Sequence record: OZ335958.1
Length of the DNA: 64,000 nucleotides
Source of the DNA: a phage
Direction: 5' to 3' (one strand)
Below, piece after piece: positions 10,620 to 20,336 of the stretch. Each line of letters starts with the position of its first letter. Position 1 is the first letter of the stretch. Under the pieces are notes generated by a model. That model had not been told where the DNA came from and made no database searches. It saw only the letters and a program-made list of their open reading frames with translations. The translations under genes were made by a program, and so were the position numbers.

Positions 10620-10806
10620 TATCTAAAATGTTGAAGTTAAAAGATACAGCCCAGTCAGTGCAGACCGTAACCTTTTTAATACAATTATCTTCAACCTCTA
10701 GCGGTTCAAACCAATATTCAATAATTTCTTTATGCCCAATATCATCTTTTACTTCGCATTCAAAATGCTGACTCATCATAACATTTTTAAATTCATCAAA
10801 AGTCAT
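10543..10806 (-). CDS. hypothetical protein (46.2 position)
   Basis: 87-aa ORF overlapping gene 47 stop by 4 nt. Confidence 0.4.
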   Translation of the reverse strand: MTFDEFKNVMMSQHFECEVKDDIGHKEIIEYWFEPLEVEDNCIKKVTVCTDWAVSFNFNILDNDTPKSLQDMAVSCIKDAYCEVFDI

Positions 10807-11822
10807 TGTGTTGCCTCTACATATAACTGATTTGCATATTGAATAAGTGCTTCGCGGTCAGAATCAGTGATGTCTGGAATTGCATTAATGTATTCTTCCA
10901 TCAACGTCTGAAGAGATTGAACTTCAACTTCTTCACTATCATCTGACTCGACAGAGTTATCAATCTTTGACACAACTCGTAATGAATGCACAACTTTTTC
11001 TAGTTCAGATTCGAACTTCGTTAGATTTTTGTCTACTTCAGTTACTATAACACGTACTGATAGATTTGTAAAATCTTTATAGTCAATTTTTCCCTTAAAT
11101 GGATATTGAATTCGACGATGCCAGGTGGTGTTGTTTGGAATAAATTCCATTCGTTCTGTTTCTGTATCAAACATCCAGAACCCGCGAGGGTCATTCTCGT
11201 CACCTGCAGTTAGTGTCCATGGTGTCCCAATATATCTGACGTTAGCAGCCTCAGAGATAGTATGGAAGTGACCAGACCACACCTCTTTATAAGTCTTAAG
11301 GAAATCAGGTTCAAGACCGTGAGATTTCATTCCTTTATAAAAATAAAATCCATTCAGTTCCCAGTGACCAACACAAAAAGAAGCAGATGAAGTTTTGATG
11401 TGTTCAAGAATTTCACCAGTATTTTCTTCGCACATCCAAGGAATTAAATCAATCAAACATCCGTCAAAATCTACTGTAGTAGGCTTATCATATACTTTAA
11501 CATTAGGATATTTAGCCAAAAGCTCAGTAGAAGCATTTGGAGTTAAAGTATTTTTAAAGTGCATATCATGGTTTCCTACAACAGTATGTAGGGTAATACC
11601 AGCATCATCAAGCATTTGAACTATTTCACGAGCGAACTCCATAGTTTTATGTGTGATTGCTTTTCGCACATCAAAAATATCGCCGTATTGAATCCATGTA
11701 GTAATTCCGTTTTTCTTAGAATATTCTATTGCTTGTTTAATTCCATCCAACTGAATGGATTGAACCCACTCATCATCAGCTTTAACACCTAAATGCCAAT
11801 CACCTAAATTTAAAATTTTCAT
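10803..11822 (-). CDS. 47: recombination endonuclease subunit (SbcD/Mre11-like phosphoesterase)
   Basis: 339-aa ORF, N-terminal MKILNLGDWHLG metallophosphatase motif; T4 gp47 length. Confidence 0.9.
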   Translation of the reverse strand: MKILNLGDWHLGVKADDEWVQSIQLDGIKQAIEYSKKNGITTWIQYGDIFDVRKAITHKTMEFAREIVQMLDDAGITLHTVVGNHDMHFKNTLTPNASTELLAKYPNVKVYDKPTTVDFDGCLIDLIPWMCEENTGEILEHIKTSSASFCVGHWELNGFYFYKGMKSHGLEPDFLKTYKEVWSGHFHTISEAANVRYIGTPWTLTAGDENDPRGFWMFDTETERMEFIPNNTTWHRRIQYPFKGKIDYKDFTNLSVRVIVTEVDKNLTKFESELEKVVHSLRVVSKIDNSVESDDSEEVEVQSLQTLMEEYINAIPDITDSDREALIQYANQLYVEATQ

Positions 11823-11982
11823 ATATCAAGAACCGTCATTGAAATGCAAAATAAAATTATTGAAATAAATCCATCTGGAGTGCTAAAGAACCCAATCCAA
11901 CATGCTCTAGTGAATAGATAAAATGCGAGAAAAAGTATCACATATCCAAGAAATATCATTATATCAAACTCCGTATAAAGCT

Positions 11983-12000
11983 AAAGGGCCGAAGCCCTTT
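11983..12000 (-). other. intercistronic UUCG-tetraloop RNA hairpin (agt-47 junction)
   Basis: Minus-strand AAAGGGC-UUCG-GCCCUUU overlapping agt stop. Confidence 0.5.
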
Positions 12001-13201
12001 ATTTTGTAATAATGTCAAACTGTTCTTTAAAGCAGAAGCTTGAATCTTGATGCTGATACAAAAATTCATAAGCTTTTTCGCGTTCACGGTCATAAAGAGC
12101 TCGGTCAGATGACAGTTCTTTAATACGTTCAAATGTTGATTCCATGTCATTTTCATCAAACCAAACGATACCGCTATCATGTGAAATTAACGGAGTATTA
12201 TCAACACGGAATTTTAAATTTTCACCAGTAGATTTCCAAAATACTGGAATTGTTCCACATGCACCAAGCTCGAGATGAGTATATTCTAAAGAACGCTGTA
12301 GATATTTTTTGTCCAACTTACTCAGCTGATAACCAAATCCGGATTTACTCATGCGTTCAAGCATTTCGCTATTTACATAACGGTCAAGAATTTGCGTTGG
12401 CAAATTAGGAGCAATTTTAATTTGGTCTACTTGATGAAGACGATAATACTCATATGGAATTCCTTTTTCTTTAATAGGAATGAACGCTGGAGAACGTTCC
12501 AGACCTTCCATAATAGTACTTAGCCCAGCAGGTTTAAGATGTTTTTCGTGAAAATCAAACATCTGATAAAAACCTTTCCATGTAGTCGTACGACCAATCC
12601 AACGGTTGACATTCATGTTAATTTCAGAAACATCTTTCCAGTAGGTTGATCGAACCTTAGCAATATCCATAGGAGGCTGAAAGTTGTATACAGTCGGTGC
12701 TTCTTCAATATCGTCAAACAGTGAAACAGTTTCTGGATACCATTCTTTCATCAGAACTTTATTAAAATCACCATTATCAGAATGACTAAAAATAACATCA
12801 GCTCGGCGAACAGTTTCTTCTAATCCCAAATTTCGGCGCAAAGAAAGAGAAGAATGGTCATGTTGATAAACTACAACACGAACCGAAGGTTTAATGTTAT
12901 CAATAATTTTTTTATAGTTATTAATAGTGTCTTCTTCGACTGAAGTAGCAGGAACTGAATTGATAATTAGAATATCACAATCATTTACCAGCTTAAGTGT
13001 TTTATCGTATTCTTTTGCCAATAAAACCGGAATTGAAAATGATTTATAATCATGCGCGCAATTACGGGTAAATGATTTATCTTTAGCATAAACCAAAGTT
13101 ACTTCATGACCATTTTTAATAAACCAATCACGTTGCTCAAGAGAAAATTTAGTTACGCCACAACCTTCAAGACCTCGAGCCATAAAAATGCATACTTTCA
13201 T
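11999..13201 (-). CDS. agt: DNA alpha-glucosyltransferase
   Basis: 400-aa ORF, N-terminus ..CIFMARGLEGCGVTKFSLEQRDWFIKNGHEV recognised as T4 Agt. Confidence 0.9.
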   Translation of the reverse strand: MKVCIFMARGLEGCGVTKFSLEQRDWFIKNGHEVTLVYAKDKSFTRNCAHDYKSFSIPVLLAKEYDKTLKLVNDCDILIINSVPATSVEEDTINNYKKIIDNIKPSVRVVVYQHDHSSLSLRRNLGLEETVRRADVIFSHSDNGDFNKVLMKEWYPETVSLFDDIEEAPTVYNFQPPMDIAKVRSTYWKDVSEINMNVNRWIGRTTTWKGFYQMFDFHEKHLKPAGLSTIMEGLERSPAFIPIKEKGIPYEYYRLHQVDQIKIAPNLPTQILDRYVNSEMLERMSKSGFGYQLSKLDKKYLQRSLEYTHLELGACGTIPVFWKSTGENLKFRVDNTPLISHDSGIVWFDENDMESTFERIKELSSDRALYDREREKAYEFLYQHQDSSFCFKEQFDIITK

Positions 13202-13252
13202 TTAATATCCTCATTGTTTTGGTTTATTTTACCAAAAATTTATAAAGCAATA

Positions 13253-13270
13253 TAGGAGCCGAAGCTCCTA
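13253..13270 (-). other. UUCG-type RNA hairpin upstream of agt
   Basis: Minus-strand UAGGAGC-UUCG-GCUCCUA about 50 nt upstream of agt start. Confidence 0.4.
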
Positions 13271-13441
13271 TCCGCATAATACACCATACAGAGGCTCATT
13301 AGAGCTTCTAAATTTTATGCGTTTATGTGTTATAGTTCCTGCTTTAGCTTTATCATGAGACTCTTTAAAGCGTCTCATCATTTCTACTTTAGAGGAACGA
13401 ATTTTATTATAATCTATTTCACAAGTCTGGGCGTTCATCTT

Positions 13442-13648
13442 TCACAGTTGCCACCATTTTTTGACTTGATAGGAATCAACCCACACTTTCATATTAGGGT
13501 CTGCTCTTACAATAGGAGGATTAACTTCTTTAATTGAACTATCGTGGTATTCTTTTTCAGAAATTTTCACACAAAGATGACCATTCAAAGATTCAGTAAA
13601 TCCTGCATTAATTTTAAGACGCTTGAATTTTACGTGTGTAAGCATCAA
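13442..13648 (-). CDS. hypothetical protein
   Basis: 68-aa ORF; overlaps next ORF by 35 nt, start uncertain. Confidence 0.3.
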   Translation of the reverse strand: MMLTHVKFKRLKINAGFTESLNGHLCVKISEKEYHDSSIKEVNPPIVRADPNMKVWVDSYQVKKWWQL

Positions 13649-13931
13649 TCATATCCTCAATCTGCGATCTAGTAGTCTTCCAAAGAATACTAATGAGTTC
13701 ATCGTTATATGGCTGTTTTAGAATATCCCGACTTTTCTTGATAGCATATTCGTATTGAGCAAAATTATTGTTTTCAGCTGCAATCTGAGCGTGCTTATAA
13801 AGACGGTTCAGTTCGCGTTTGTTTTTAGACAATAACTTATTTGCTTTTCTTTCTGCTTCAAGACGGTTCTTTTCTTCAAGAGAAGAAATAAGCTTTTCCA
13901 CTTCATCATTAATTTCGGGTTTATCAGTCAT
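13614..13931 (-). CDS. hypothetical protein
   Basis: 105-aa charged/helical ORF downstream of gene 55. Confidence 0.45.
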   Translation of the reverse strand: MTDKPEINDEVEKLISSLEEKNRLEAERKANKLLSKNKRELNRLYKHAQIAAENNNFAQYEYAIKKSRDILKQPYNDELISILWKTTRSQIEDMIDAYTRKIQAS

Positions 13932-13932
13932 A

Positions 13933-14151
13933 TTATTTCTCTAATATAAAATAAAAATCATCATCTGTTAAATGATACCGATAATTTAATTCTACACCGT
14001 TAGATTTAAAAGCGGTATCATACGGATTTTCTGGATCAATATCAATGTCAAGAGCTAAAACTTCCCTGAGATACATTTTAAGTAAATAGGGAATAGCTTC
14101 AACTTCAGGTATTTCTTCCAAGAATCCGGAGAGGTTAATCGTTAGCCTCAT
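13933..14151 (-). CDS. hypothetical protein
   Basis: 72-aa acidic ORF overlapping gene 55 stop. Confidence 0.4.
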
Positions 14152-14692
14152 ATAAAAAATCCAAACTAGGAGAATCGTCTACAACACTTTTCTTTTCAGC
14201 CCCCGGTGTTCTATAGGTTGATTCTTCGTAATGCGTCATTTTATCGTAGATGTCTTGAATAAAAGTTTCATCTACTAACGCAACCATATCGTCGTCACGA
14301 CTGTCATAGACATTGTGAACGAAGTAACTATATTTCTTTGCAACTTCCTTACGTTCTTTTTTAATACGTTGGACGAATGCATTAAAACAAGCTTGAGTTA
14401 TATATGCATGTGGGTTTTTATATTTCGTTTCATCAAAATTATGAAGCCCCTTAATAGAAGCTTCTATACCATCTGCAATCATTTCTTGTTTCCAAGATTG
14501 GGTGTATCCTGAAAAGTTGAAACGTTTAGATAAGCCTTCTGCGATAAGCATAATGGCTAATCCGATAGTATCATTCTGACGAACTACTTTATTTGGGTCT
14601 TTATTATTTGCTAATTCTGTTTTCCAATCAATAATAGCTTGTAAAAGCTCTTTATTGTTTACGTAATTATATTTAGGCTTAGTTTCTGACAT
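14135..14692 (-). CDS. 55: late transcription sigma factor
   Basis: Track ORF starts at GTG 14698; ATG at 14692 gives 185 aa [20 protein letters not shown] recognised as T4 gp55. Confidence 0.9.
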
Positions 14693-14770
14693 TTTCACCT
14701 CTTAGCTCAATTCATAGATCTATTATATCATAATATTTGAAGATCTATCTTAAAGCATAGAGGGTATCAG

Positions 14771-15040
14771 TTATCTAAGTAAGCAGTATGCTTGGAATAC
14801 TTTCTCCATCATCTTTTTAAATTCATGAATATCTATATAATGACTAGTTAAATCAGCATGATATAAAAAGTCTAAAAACTTTTCATGTGTGCTAACATAT
14901 TCACTTTCATTTAATTCAGAAACATGGCTTTCCCAATATCCAACACCAGTCTTATTTGGGAAAAATGAAATTTTCATATATTGGTCAACATAGAAAATTC
15001 CATAATTTTCAATAGTAATAGAAATATTAATAAATTTCAT
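14771..15040 (-). CDS. hypothetical protein
   Basis: 89-aa ORF, tiled without overlap. Confidence 0.4.
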   Translation of the reverse strand: MKFINISITIENYGIFYVDQYMKISFFPNKTGVGYWESHVSELNESEYVSTHEKFLDFLYHADLTSHYIDIHEFKKMMEKVFQAYCLLR

Positions 15041-15258
15041 ACATTCATCAACTTAGCCGCTTCAAGAGCTGCATCTAACGAATCAAACTGGTCAACGTAT
15101 TCAATCAATTCGCCATAATTAGCATATAACCACCATTGACTAAATTCATACTCAAGGATGAATCCATTTCCTTCAATTTGAGTTAAACCAATGCCGTTTG
15201 TATTTACTTCATATCCGGCAAGACGCAAATCGTTAATAAGAGCTTCGTTCATATTCAT
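15037..15258 (-). CDS. hypothetical protein
   Basis: 73-aa acidic ORF, 4-nt overlap with neighbours. Confidence 0.4.
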   Translation of the reverse strand: MNMNEALINDLRLAGYEVNTNGIGLTQIEGNGFILEYEFSQWWLYANYGELIEYVDQFDSLDAALEAAKLMNV

Positions 15259-15581
15259 ACCTTAGCAATTTTCAGGTCAGCAAATTTTTTCTTGCGTTGA
15301 TTTTTCATACGACGAATAGTTTTATCAGAAATTTCATGCTTTTGATAAGCTTTAGATTCTACACCAAAAGCTTTAACATCAAATTCTGACAAGATATATT
15401 GAACCAACAATTCACGGACAGTATTGCGTCCAATTTTCTGATCATTCTGTTTCATCGTCTGATGAAGCTCTTTTTCCCATTTATCCAAAATTTGAGGAGT
15501 TACAATATCGCCTTTTTCTAGCAAAGAAACTACTTTATCATATGCGTAAGAATTGATGGCGTTTTTAATTTGAATAGTCAT
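15255..15581 (-). CDS. hypothetical protein
   Basis: 108-aa ORF, 4-nt overlap with downstream ORF. Confidence 0.45.
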   Translation of the reverse strand: MTIQIKNAINSYAYDKVVSLLEKGDIVTPQILDKWEKELHQTMKQNDQKIGRNTVRELLVQYILSEFDVKAFGVESKAYQKHEISDKTIRRMKNQRKKKFADLKIAKV

Positions 15582-15618
15582 ACATTATCCTCAATTACAT
15601 TAAAATTTTATTATCCAA

Positions 15619-15636
15619 AAAGGGCCGAAGCCCTTA
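15619..15636 (-). other. intercistronic UUCG-tetraloop RNA hairpin
   Basis: Minus-strand AAGGGC-UUCG-GCCCUU overlapping stop of ORF 15634..15834. Confidence 0.45.
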
Positions 15637-15834
15637 GCTAAACTTTTTGGCACCCTTCCAGCCTTCGTACATCATTGCGACTGACAATGACAAAGCTCCT
15701 TCACATGCTGTATACTTATTATTCCAGAACCAATTTAGAAAAACTTCATCCTCAATACCATTATGTTTCATGTTCTGGAAAAATTTGGCACGTTCTTCAG
15801 CAATTCGTTGCGATAATTTAGATTCAGGATTCAT
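15634..15834 (-). CDS. hypothetical protein
   Basis: 66-aa ORF. Confidence 0.4.
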   Translation of the reverse strand: MNPESKLSQRIAEERAKFFQNMKHNGIEDEVFLNWFWNNKYTACEGALSLSVAMMYEGWKGAKKFS

Positions 15835-15966
15835 TTAAATTTTCCAGTTACCATTTTCATCAATAAATTTAATCCAGTCATTTACTGACCACTTGATCGT
15901 ATCGCCCTTTGGAGCAACATTTAAAGTGTATAATCCTTGTTTAAAAAGCATGCGTTTGATATTCAT
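15835..15966 (-). CDS. hypothetical small protein
   Basis: Internal start MNIKRMLF (43 aa) tiles without overlapping the upstream ORF; track ORF 15835..16050 is longer. Confidence 0.3.
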   Translation of the reverse strand: MNIKRMLFKQGLYTLNVAPKGDTIKWSVNDWIKFIDENGNWKI

Positions 15967-15973
15967 ATTTTCC

Positions 15974-16267
15974 TCAGCTGTAACGATAGCACTCGTTTGA
16001 TTTACGCTTAGCAACTCGTTGAGAAGTATTGTAATCAAAATCATCGTCAATGTAAACTGATTTTTTCAACTTTCTTACTTCACCGCGTAATTGGCGATTT
16101 AGCTCATCTTTAACTTCTGAATCAATGCCTTTCATTCTACGCCATTTATCAGAGCGAAAAATGTTTTCAACCATATCTTTATGACTTACACCATCAGGAG
16201 CTTTACGCTTTCCGAAATAGTCATAATCACGAACTTTCAAGTCTTTACGACGATACGTTTTACCCAT
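15974..16267 (-). CDS. hypothetical basic protein
   Basis: Track ORF 15974..16312; internal start MGKTYRRKD at 16267 avoids overlap; Lys/Arg-rich. Confidence 0.4.
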   Translation of the reverse strand: MGKTYRRKDLKVRDYDYFGKRKAPDGVSHKDMVENIFRSDKWRRMKGIDSEVKDELNRQLRGEVRKLKKSVYIDDDFDYNTSQRVAKRKSNECYRYS

Positions 16268-16442
16268 GGAGTTTAATTTCCTTAGCAACTGAACTAAATA
16301 CAGCACGGTCACAAATCATCTGTTTATGTAACTTGAGTATAAGATAATAAACTTCAAAACCGTTTACATAAGTAACACGAACAACATTACCATTAATAAA
16401 ATAATATTGTCCCTTTTTAATTTCTTTATCAACCACAACCAT
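16260..16442 (-). CDS. hypothetical protein
   Basis: 60-aa ORF. Confidence 0.35.
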   Translation of the reverse strand: MVVVDKEIKKGQYYFINGNVVRVTYVNGFEVYYLILKLHKQMICDRAVFSSVAKEIKLHG

Positions 16443-16600
16443 ATCAAATCCTCAAAGGCAATTCATATGTTAATAATACCACAGTTTGAACTTCTTGTAA
16501 ACAACTTTATGAAAATTATTTTAGGGAACGATAAGAAGGGAACGATAGCTTAGAATGGTAATATACAGAATGTGAGAAAGAAAGGCCCAGAGGGCCCGTC

Positions 16601-16924
16601 TTAGTCTTCTATGATATCTCTATCATATCCAAGTGAAATGAGAGTTTCTTTGAAGTGTTTAATGTTCTTTTGTCTAGAATCATTAATGAAAATGACTGGA
16701 TAACGAATATTAAGAGATGTGAATCCAGCGCGTTTAGCAAGAGATACAATCAGTGGACGATCATACTCAATCTTACCATTATTTGTAAGAACTTTATAGA
16801 AAGTAAAAGGAGCATTGAGCTCCTTTAAAAGTTTTGTAACTGATTGACATCCAGGACAACGACCAACTTCATCTGGAATTCCATAGACTTCAATCTTATT
16901 CTTTAAGTTCGAGTTTTGTTCCAC
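16601..16924 (-). CDS. glutaredoxin-like protein (nrdH-like), probable GTG start
   Basis: CPGC redox motif (VGRCPGCQSV); no in-frame ATG between motif and upstream ORF stop; GTG at 16924; track ORF extends to 17053 through the upstream gene. Confidence 0.5.
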   Translation of the reverse strand: MEQNSNLKNKIEVYGIPDEVGRCPGCQSVTKLLKELNAPFTFYKVLTNNGKIEYDRPLIVSLAKRAGFTSLNIRYPVIFINDSRQKNIKHFKETLISLGYDRDIIED

Positions 16925-17207
16925 GAGAAATAATTCCTTGATAAGCCCAATATGGCGGATTAACAGAATCCTCACCAGAATTTTCTTCAGGAAAATAAAC
17001 CTGGATAACAAATCCAGATGCATCAAAGGTAAAATAAACTGTAGGTAATTCACCTAACAATTCAGCACGATTATTAATTTCTTCGAGTTCTCGTTCACGT
17101 CCGGCCCAAAAACTAGGATTTAGACTACATTCATAGAAATAATAGTCATTACCGAACATATCAAAACCTTTCCAACTCTCTACCACATATCGCTCAAAAC
17201 TAATCAT
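16896..17207 (-). CDS. hypothetical protein
   Basis: 103-aa ORF. Confidence 0.4.
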   Translation of the reverse strand: MISFERYVVESWKGFDMFGNDYYFYECSLNPSFWAGRERELEEINNRAELLGELPTVYFTFDASGFVIQVYFPEENSGEDSVNPPYWAYQGIISRGTKLELKE

Positions 17208-17209
17208 AA

Positions 17210-17425
17210 TTAAGCCTTTTTATCAAGAACAGCATTCAGCTTGTTAGTAATTTTATCCAGGCGCTCATTGAACTCGCTAGAAGATAGACCTTTTTCTGGA
17301 GAAATCAAACTAATTACGAAAAATATAACAATAAAAGGAATAAGGAAAATAGCTCCAACTGCCATAAACAGAAAGAATGTTACAGTTGTAAGAAAATCAG
17401 CTAAACCTTTACGAAATTTATACAT
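17210..17425 (-). CDS. small membrane protein
   Basis: 71 aa with one long hydrophobic segment. Confidence 0.45.
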   Translation of the reverse strand: MYKFRKGLADFLTTVTFFLFMAVGAIFLIPFIVIFFVISLISPEKGLSSSEFNERLDKITNKLNAVLDKKA

Positions 17426-17540
17426 ATTTTACCCTTAATTGATTAACCAAGCATTGATAAGCACTAAACTATATTGCGAATAAAATTCTGGACCAAAATG
17501 AAAAATCATATCATTTATAGTGTCCATAATATAATTCAAT

Positions 17541-18011
17541 TTAATCATGTTTCCACACCCCATCGGTATTTGACCAAAGTCGCTGATTATCTGATCCTCG
17601 CCACAGCTTTTTGGTCGGAAGATTTTTCTCATACTTCCCATCAATAATAACATCAACATATTTAAGCATTTCTAGTTGTTTAATATCTTCAAACTTATAT
17701 CCTGTCCACAACCAAATGCTTTTATTGGGATAAAGATTTTTTACTGTTTGAACAATGCAATGAATAACATCTCGGTTATCAGGATAAAGAGGGTCACCTC
17801 CAGTTATAGTTAATCCTTCTATATAATCATTATTCAAACATTCAATTAATTGTTCTAGTGTTTCACCAGTGAATGGAACGCCATTTCTAGCATTCCATGT
17901 TGATTTATTATAACACCCTTCGCATTTATGCAAACAACCTGTAACGAAAAGAACGACCCTGCATCCAGGGCCATTCACAAAATCGCAGGGATAAAATCTA
18001 TCGTAATTCAT
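17541..18011 (-). CDS. nrdG: anaerobic ribonucleotide reductase activating protein (radical SAM)
   Basis: 156 aa, cysteine cluster CLHKCEGCYN, immediately downstream of nrdD with 4-nt overlap. Confidence 0.85.
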   Translation of the reverse strand: MNYDRFYPCDFVNGPGCRVVLFVTGCLHKCEGCYNKSTWNARNGVPFTGETLEQLIECLNNDYIEGLTITGGDPLYPDNRDVIHCIVQTVKNLYPNKSIWLWTGYKFEDIKQLEMLKYVDVIIDGKYEKNLPTKKLWRGSDNQRLWSNTDGVWKHD

Positions 18012-19825
18012 TGGTGTTTAACCCTATGCATGATTTCTTTATTTTTGCCGAGATTAAATCCGCGTTCGTTCGGATTTCCCAAATAACCACAAGTTCTTCT
18101 TATTGTGTTCATCTTTTTAGGATCAGTTTCTCCACAAATAGAACAAACAAATCCGTTTTCAGTAGGAGTCATTTCATGTGTACTTCCACACGTAAAACAT
18201 TTATCTACTGGCATATTAACACCAAAATAATCTAAATGTTGTGCAGCATAATCCCATACAGCCTCAAGACCTTTTAGGTTATTTTTCATATCAGGAAGTT
18301 CAACATAAGAAATGTGACCACCTGTCGCAATGAAATGATATGGTGCTTCTCGAGAAATCTTTTCAAACGGAGTAATATTTTCTTCTACTGAAACGTGGAA
18401 ACTATTAGTGTACCATCCTTTATCAGTAACATCTTTTACACTTCCATATTTCTCAGTATCAAGTTTACAGAAGCGATAGCACAGATTTTCAGCAGGTGTA
18501 GAATACAAACTAAAAGCAAAACCGGTTCTTTCAGTCCACTGTTTAAGACGAGCATTCATTTTAGTTAAAATTTCCTGTCCAATATCACGACCGACAAGAA
18601 TATTCAATTCGTGAATACCAATGTATCCTAAGGACACTGAACTTCTACCGTTTTTAAATAACTCAATTATGTCGTCATCAGGTTTAAGACGAACCCCGAA
18701 TGCACCTTCTTGGTAAAGAATAGGAGCAACAATCGCTTTAACTCCTTTTAAGGAACTAATTCTACACATCAAAGCTTCAAAACACAAATCCATTCGTTCA
18801 TTGAACAATTCGGCAAATTTCTGTTCATTGAATTGTGTTCCAATATAAGAATCTAACGCAATACGAGGAAGATTCAGTGTTACAACACCAAGATTATTAC
18901 GTCCATCAAGAATTTCATTACCAGTCGAATCTTTCCATACGCTTAAGAAACTACGGCAACCCATTGGAGAAACAGGAATAGATGAACCGGTGATAGCTTT
19001 ATTGTTCTTAGCTGAAATAATATCAGGATACATTCTTTTGCTTGCACACTCTAAAGCAAGCTGCTTAATATCATAGTTCGGATCATCTTTATAAAGATTA
19101 ACACCTTCTTCAACGAACATAACAAGTTTAGGGAAAATAGGAGTTATCCCATCGCGACCAAGGCCTTTAATACGATTTTTCAGAATTGCTTTCTGAATCA
19201 TTCGTTCAGTCCAGTCAGTTCCAGTACCAAATGTAATTGTTACAAAAGGCGTTTGTCCGTTTGAACTAAAGAGAGTATTTACTTCATATTCATAAGCTTG
19301 GAATGCATCGTATACGTCTTTTTCTGTTTTAGATTGGGCGTAATTCAACGCATCAGCGATTTGCCATTTTTCTGCATCCTCAATATGTTTTGCATAGGTG
19401 CGTTTAACATAAGGAGAAAGTACTTTATCTACATTCGCAAAAGTCGTTCCACCATATTGATGAGAAGCAACCTGCGCAGTAATTTGTGCCATAATTGCAG
19501 TAGCAACGCCGATTGATTTAGGAGTTTCAATCTGCGCATTACCGAGCTTAAATCCATTCTCAAGCATTCCTTTTAAATCTACTAAACAGCAATTAGTAAA
19601 TGGAAGAGCAGGTGAATAATCAATATCATGGAAATGAATAATTCCGCTTTCATGCGCTTTCATAATAAAAGACGGGACCATATTTTTGGCAATGTGTTTA
19701 GACACAATACCAGCCATAAGGTCCCGTTGAGTTGGAAAAACACGAGAATCTTTATTAGCATTCTCGTTTAAAAGGTCTTTATTAGTTTTATGAATCAATC
19801 CTTCAATTTCTTTTTCAATTGTCAT
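18008..19825 (-). CDS. nrdD: anaerobic ribonucleoside-triphosphate reductase (class III), intronless
   Basis: 605-aa uninterrupted ORF, C-terminal glycyl-radical motif RRTCGYLG and Zn-ribbon CFTCGS..CSICG. Confidence 0.9.
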   Translation of the reverse strand: MTIEKEIEGLIHKTNKDLLNENANKDSRVFPTQRDLMAGIVSKHIAKNMVPSFIMKAHESGIIHFHDIDYSPALPFTNCCLVDLKGMLENGFKLGNAQIETPKSIGVATAIMAQITAQVASHQYGGTTFANVDKVLSPYVKRTYAKHIEDAEKWQIADALNYAQSKTEKDVYDAFQAYEYEVNTLFSSNGQTPFVTITFGTGTDWTERMIQKAILKNRIKGLGRDGITPIFPKLVMFVEEGVNLYKDDPNYDIKQLALECASKRMYPDIISAKNNKAITGSSIPVSPMGCRSFLSVWKDSTGNEILDGRNNLGVVTLNLPRIALDSYIGTQFNEQKFAELFNERMDLCFEALMCRISSLKGVKAIVAPILYQEGAFGVRLKPDDDIIELFKNGRSSVSLGYIGIHELNILVGRDIGQEILTKMNARLKQWTERTGFAFSLYSTPAENLCYRFCKLDTEKYGSVKDVTDKGWYTNSFHVSVEENITPFEKISREAPYHFIATGGHISYVELPDMKNNLKGLEAVWDYAAQHLDYFGVNMPVDKCFTCGSTHEMTPTENGFVCSICGETDPKKMNTIRRTCGYLGNPNERGFNLGKNKEIMHRVKHQ

Positions 19826-20295
19826 TTTAAACTCTTTCTAAGCTGCTTCTTAAATGAAGCTATTAATTGTGTTTTAGTGTCAGATTCATTATATTCAAAT
19901 CCTCTTTGAAGCATCTCAGCCATCATTTCCTCTTTTCCTAAACGAGAAAATTCCTTTGATTTATCTCCAACGAAGTTAGGGTGAATATTATTTTGGGTGT
20001 AATCGGATTTTAAATAAGTAAGTAAATTTTCTAACCATTCAAGATAATCAACGCCTTGTCCCTTTAAGCCAGAACGATTAAATTTGTGCTTCATTTGACC
20101 TTCCGCTGCATTGCAAAGATTACAGAGCAATCCACGTACCTTTCCTGCTTTTGGTCCATTTAATTCATGGTCATGGTCAAGGTGATTAGCTTGAACATCA
20201 GGATTTAGTTCTCGTTGGCAAATTAAGCATTTACCGTTTTGTGCGTTATAAAATTTTTGTTTTTCTTCTTTATATAATTTGCCAGTCAATAACAT
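19822..20295 (-). CDS. 49: endonuclease VII (Holliday junction resolvase)
   Basis: 157-aa ORF MLLTGKLYKEEKQKFY...CLICQ..HLDHDH recognised as T4 gp49. Confidence 0.9.
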   Translation of the reverse strand: MLLTGKLYKEEKQKFYNAQNGKCLICQRELNPDVQANHLDHDHELNGPKAGKVRGLLCNLCNAAEGQMKHKFNRSGLKGQGVDYLEWLENLLTYLKSDYTQNNIHPNFVGDKSKEFSRLGKEEMMAEMLQRGFEYNESDTKTQLIASFKKQLRKSLK

Positions 20296-20301
20296 AATAA
20301 A

Positions 20302-20332
20302 CCCTTACCTTAAATAGATAAGGGTATTTATT
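20302..20332 (-). promoter_or_regulatory. RBS-sequestering hairpin plus late-promoter-like AATAAATA upstream of gene 49
   Basis: Arms CCCTTA (20302..20307) and TAAGGG (20319..20324); downstream arm carries the AAGGG Shine-Dalgarno; AATAAATA on minus strand at 20332..20325. Confidence 0.45.
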
Positions 20333-20336
20333 ATTT

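Noticed and set aside
11959-12180. 73-aa minus-strand ORF overlapping the 3 prime end of agt
   Set aside because: Alternate frame of agt; the region is occupied by the agt C-terminus and the UUCG hairpin.
17435-17659. 74-aa ORF overlapping the 3 prime end of nrdG
   Set aside because: Out-of-frame overlap with a well-supported gene; no independent signals.
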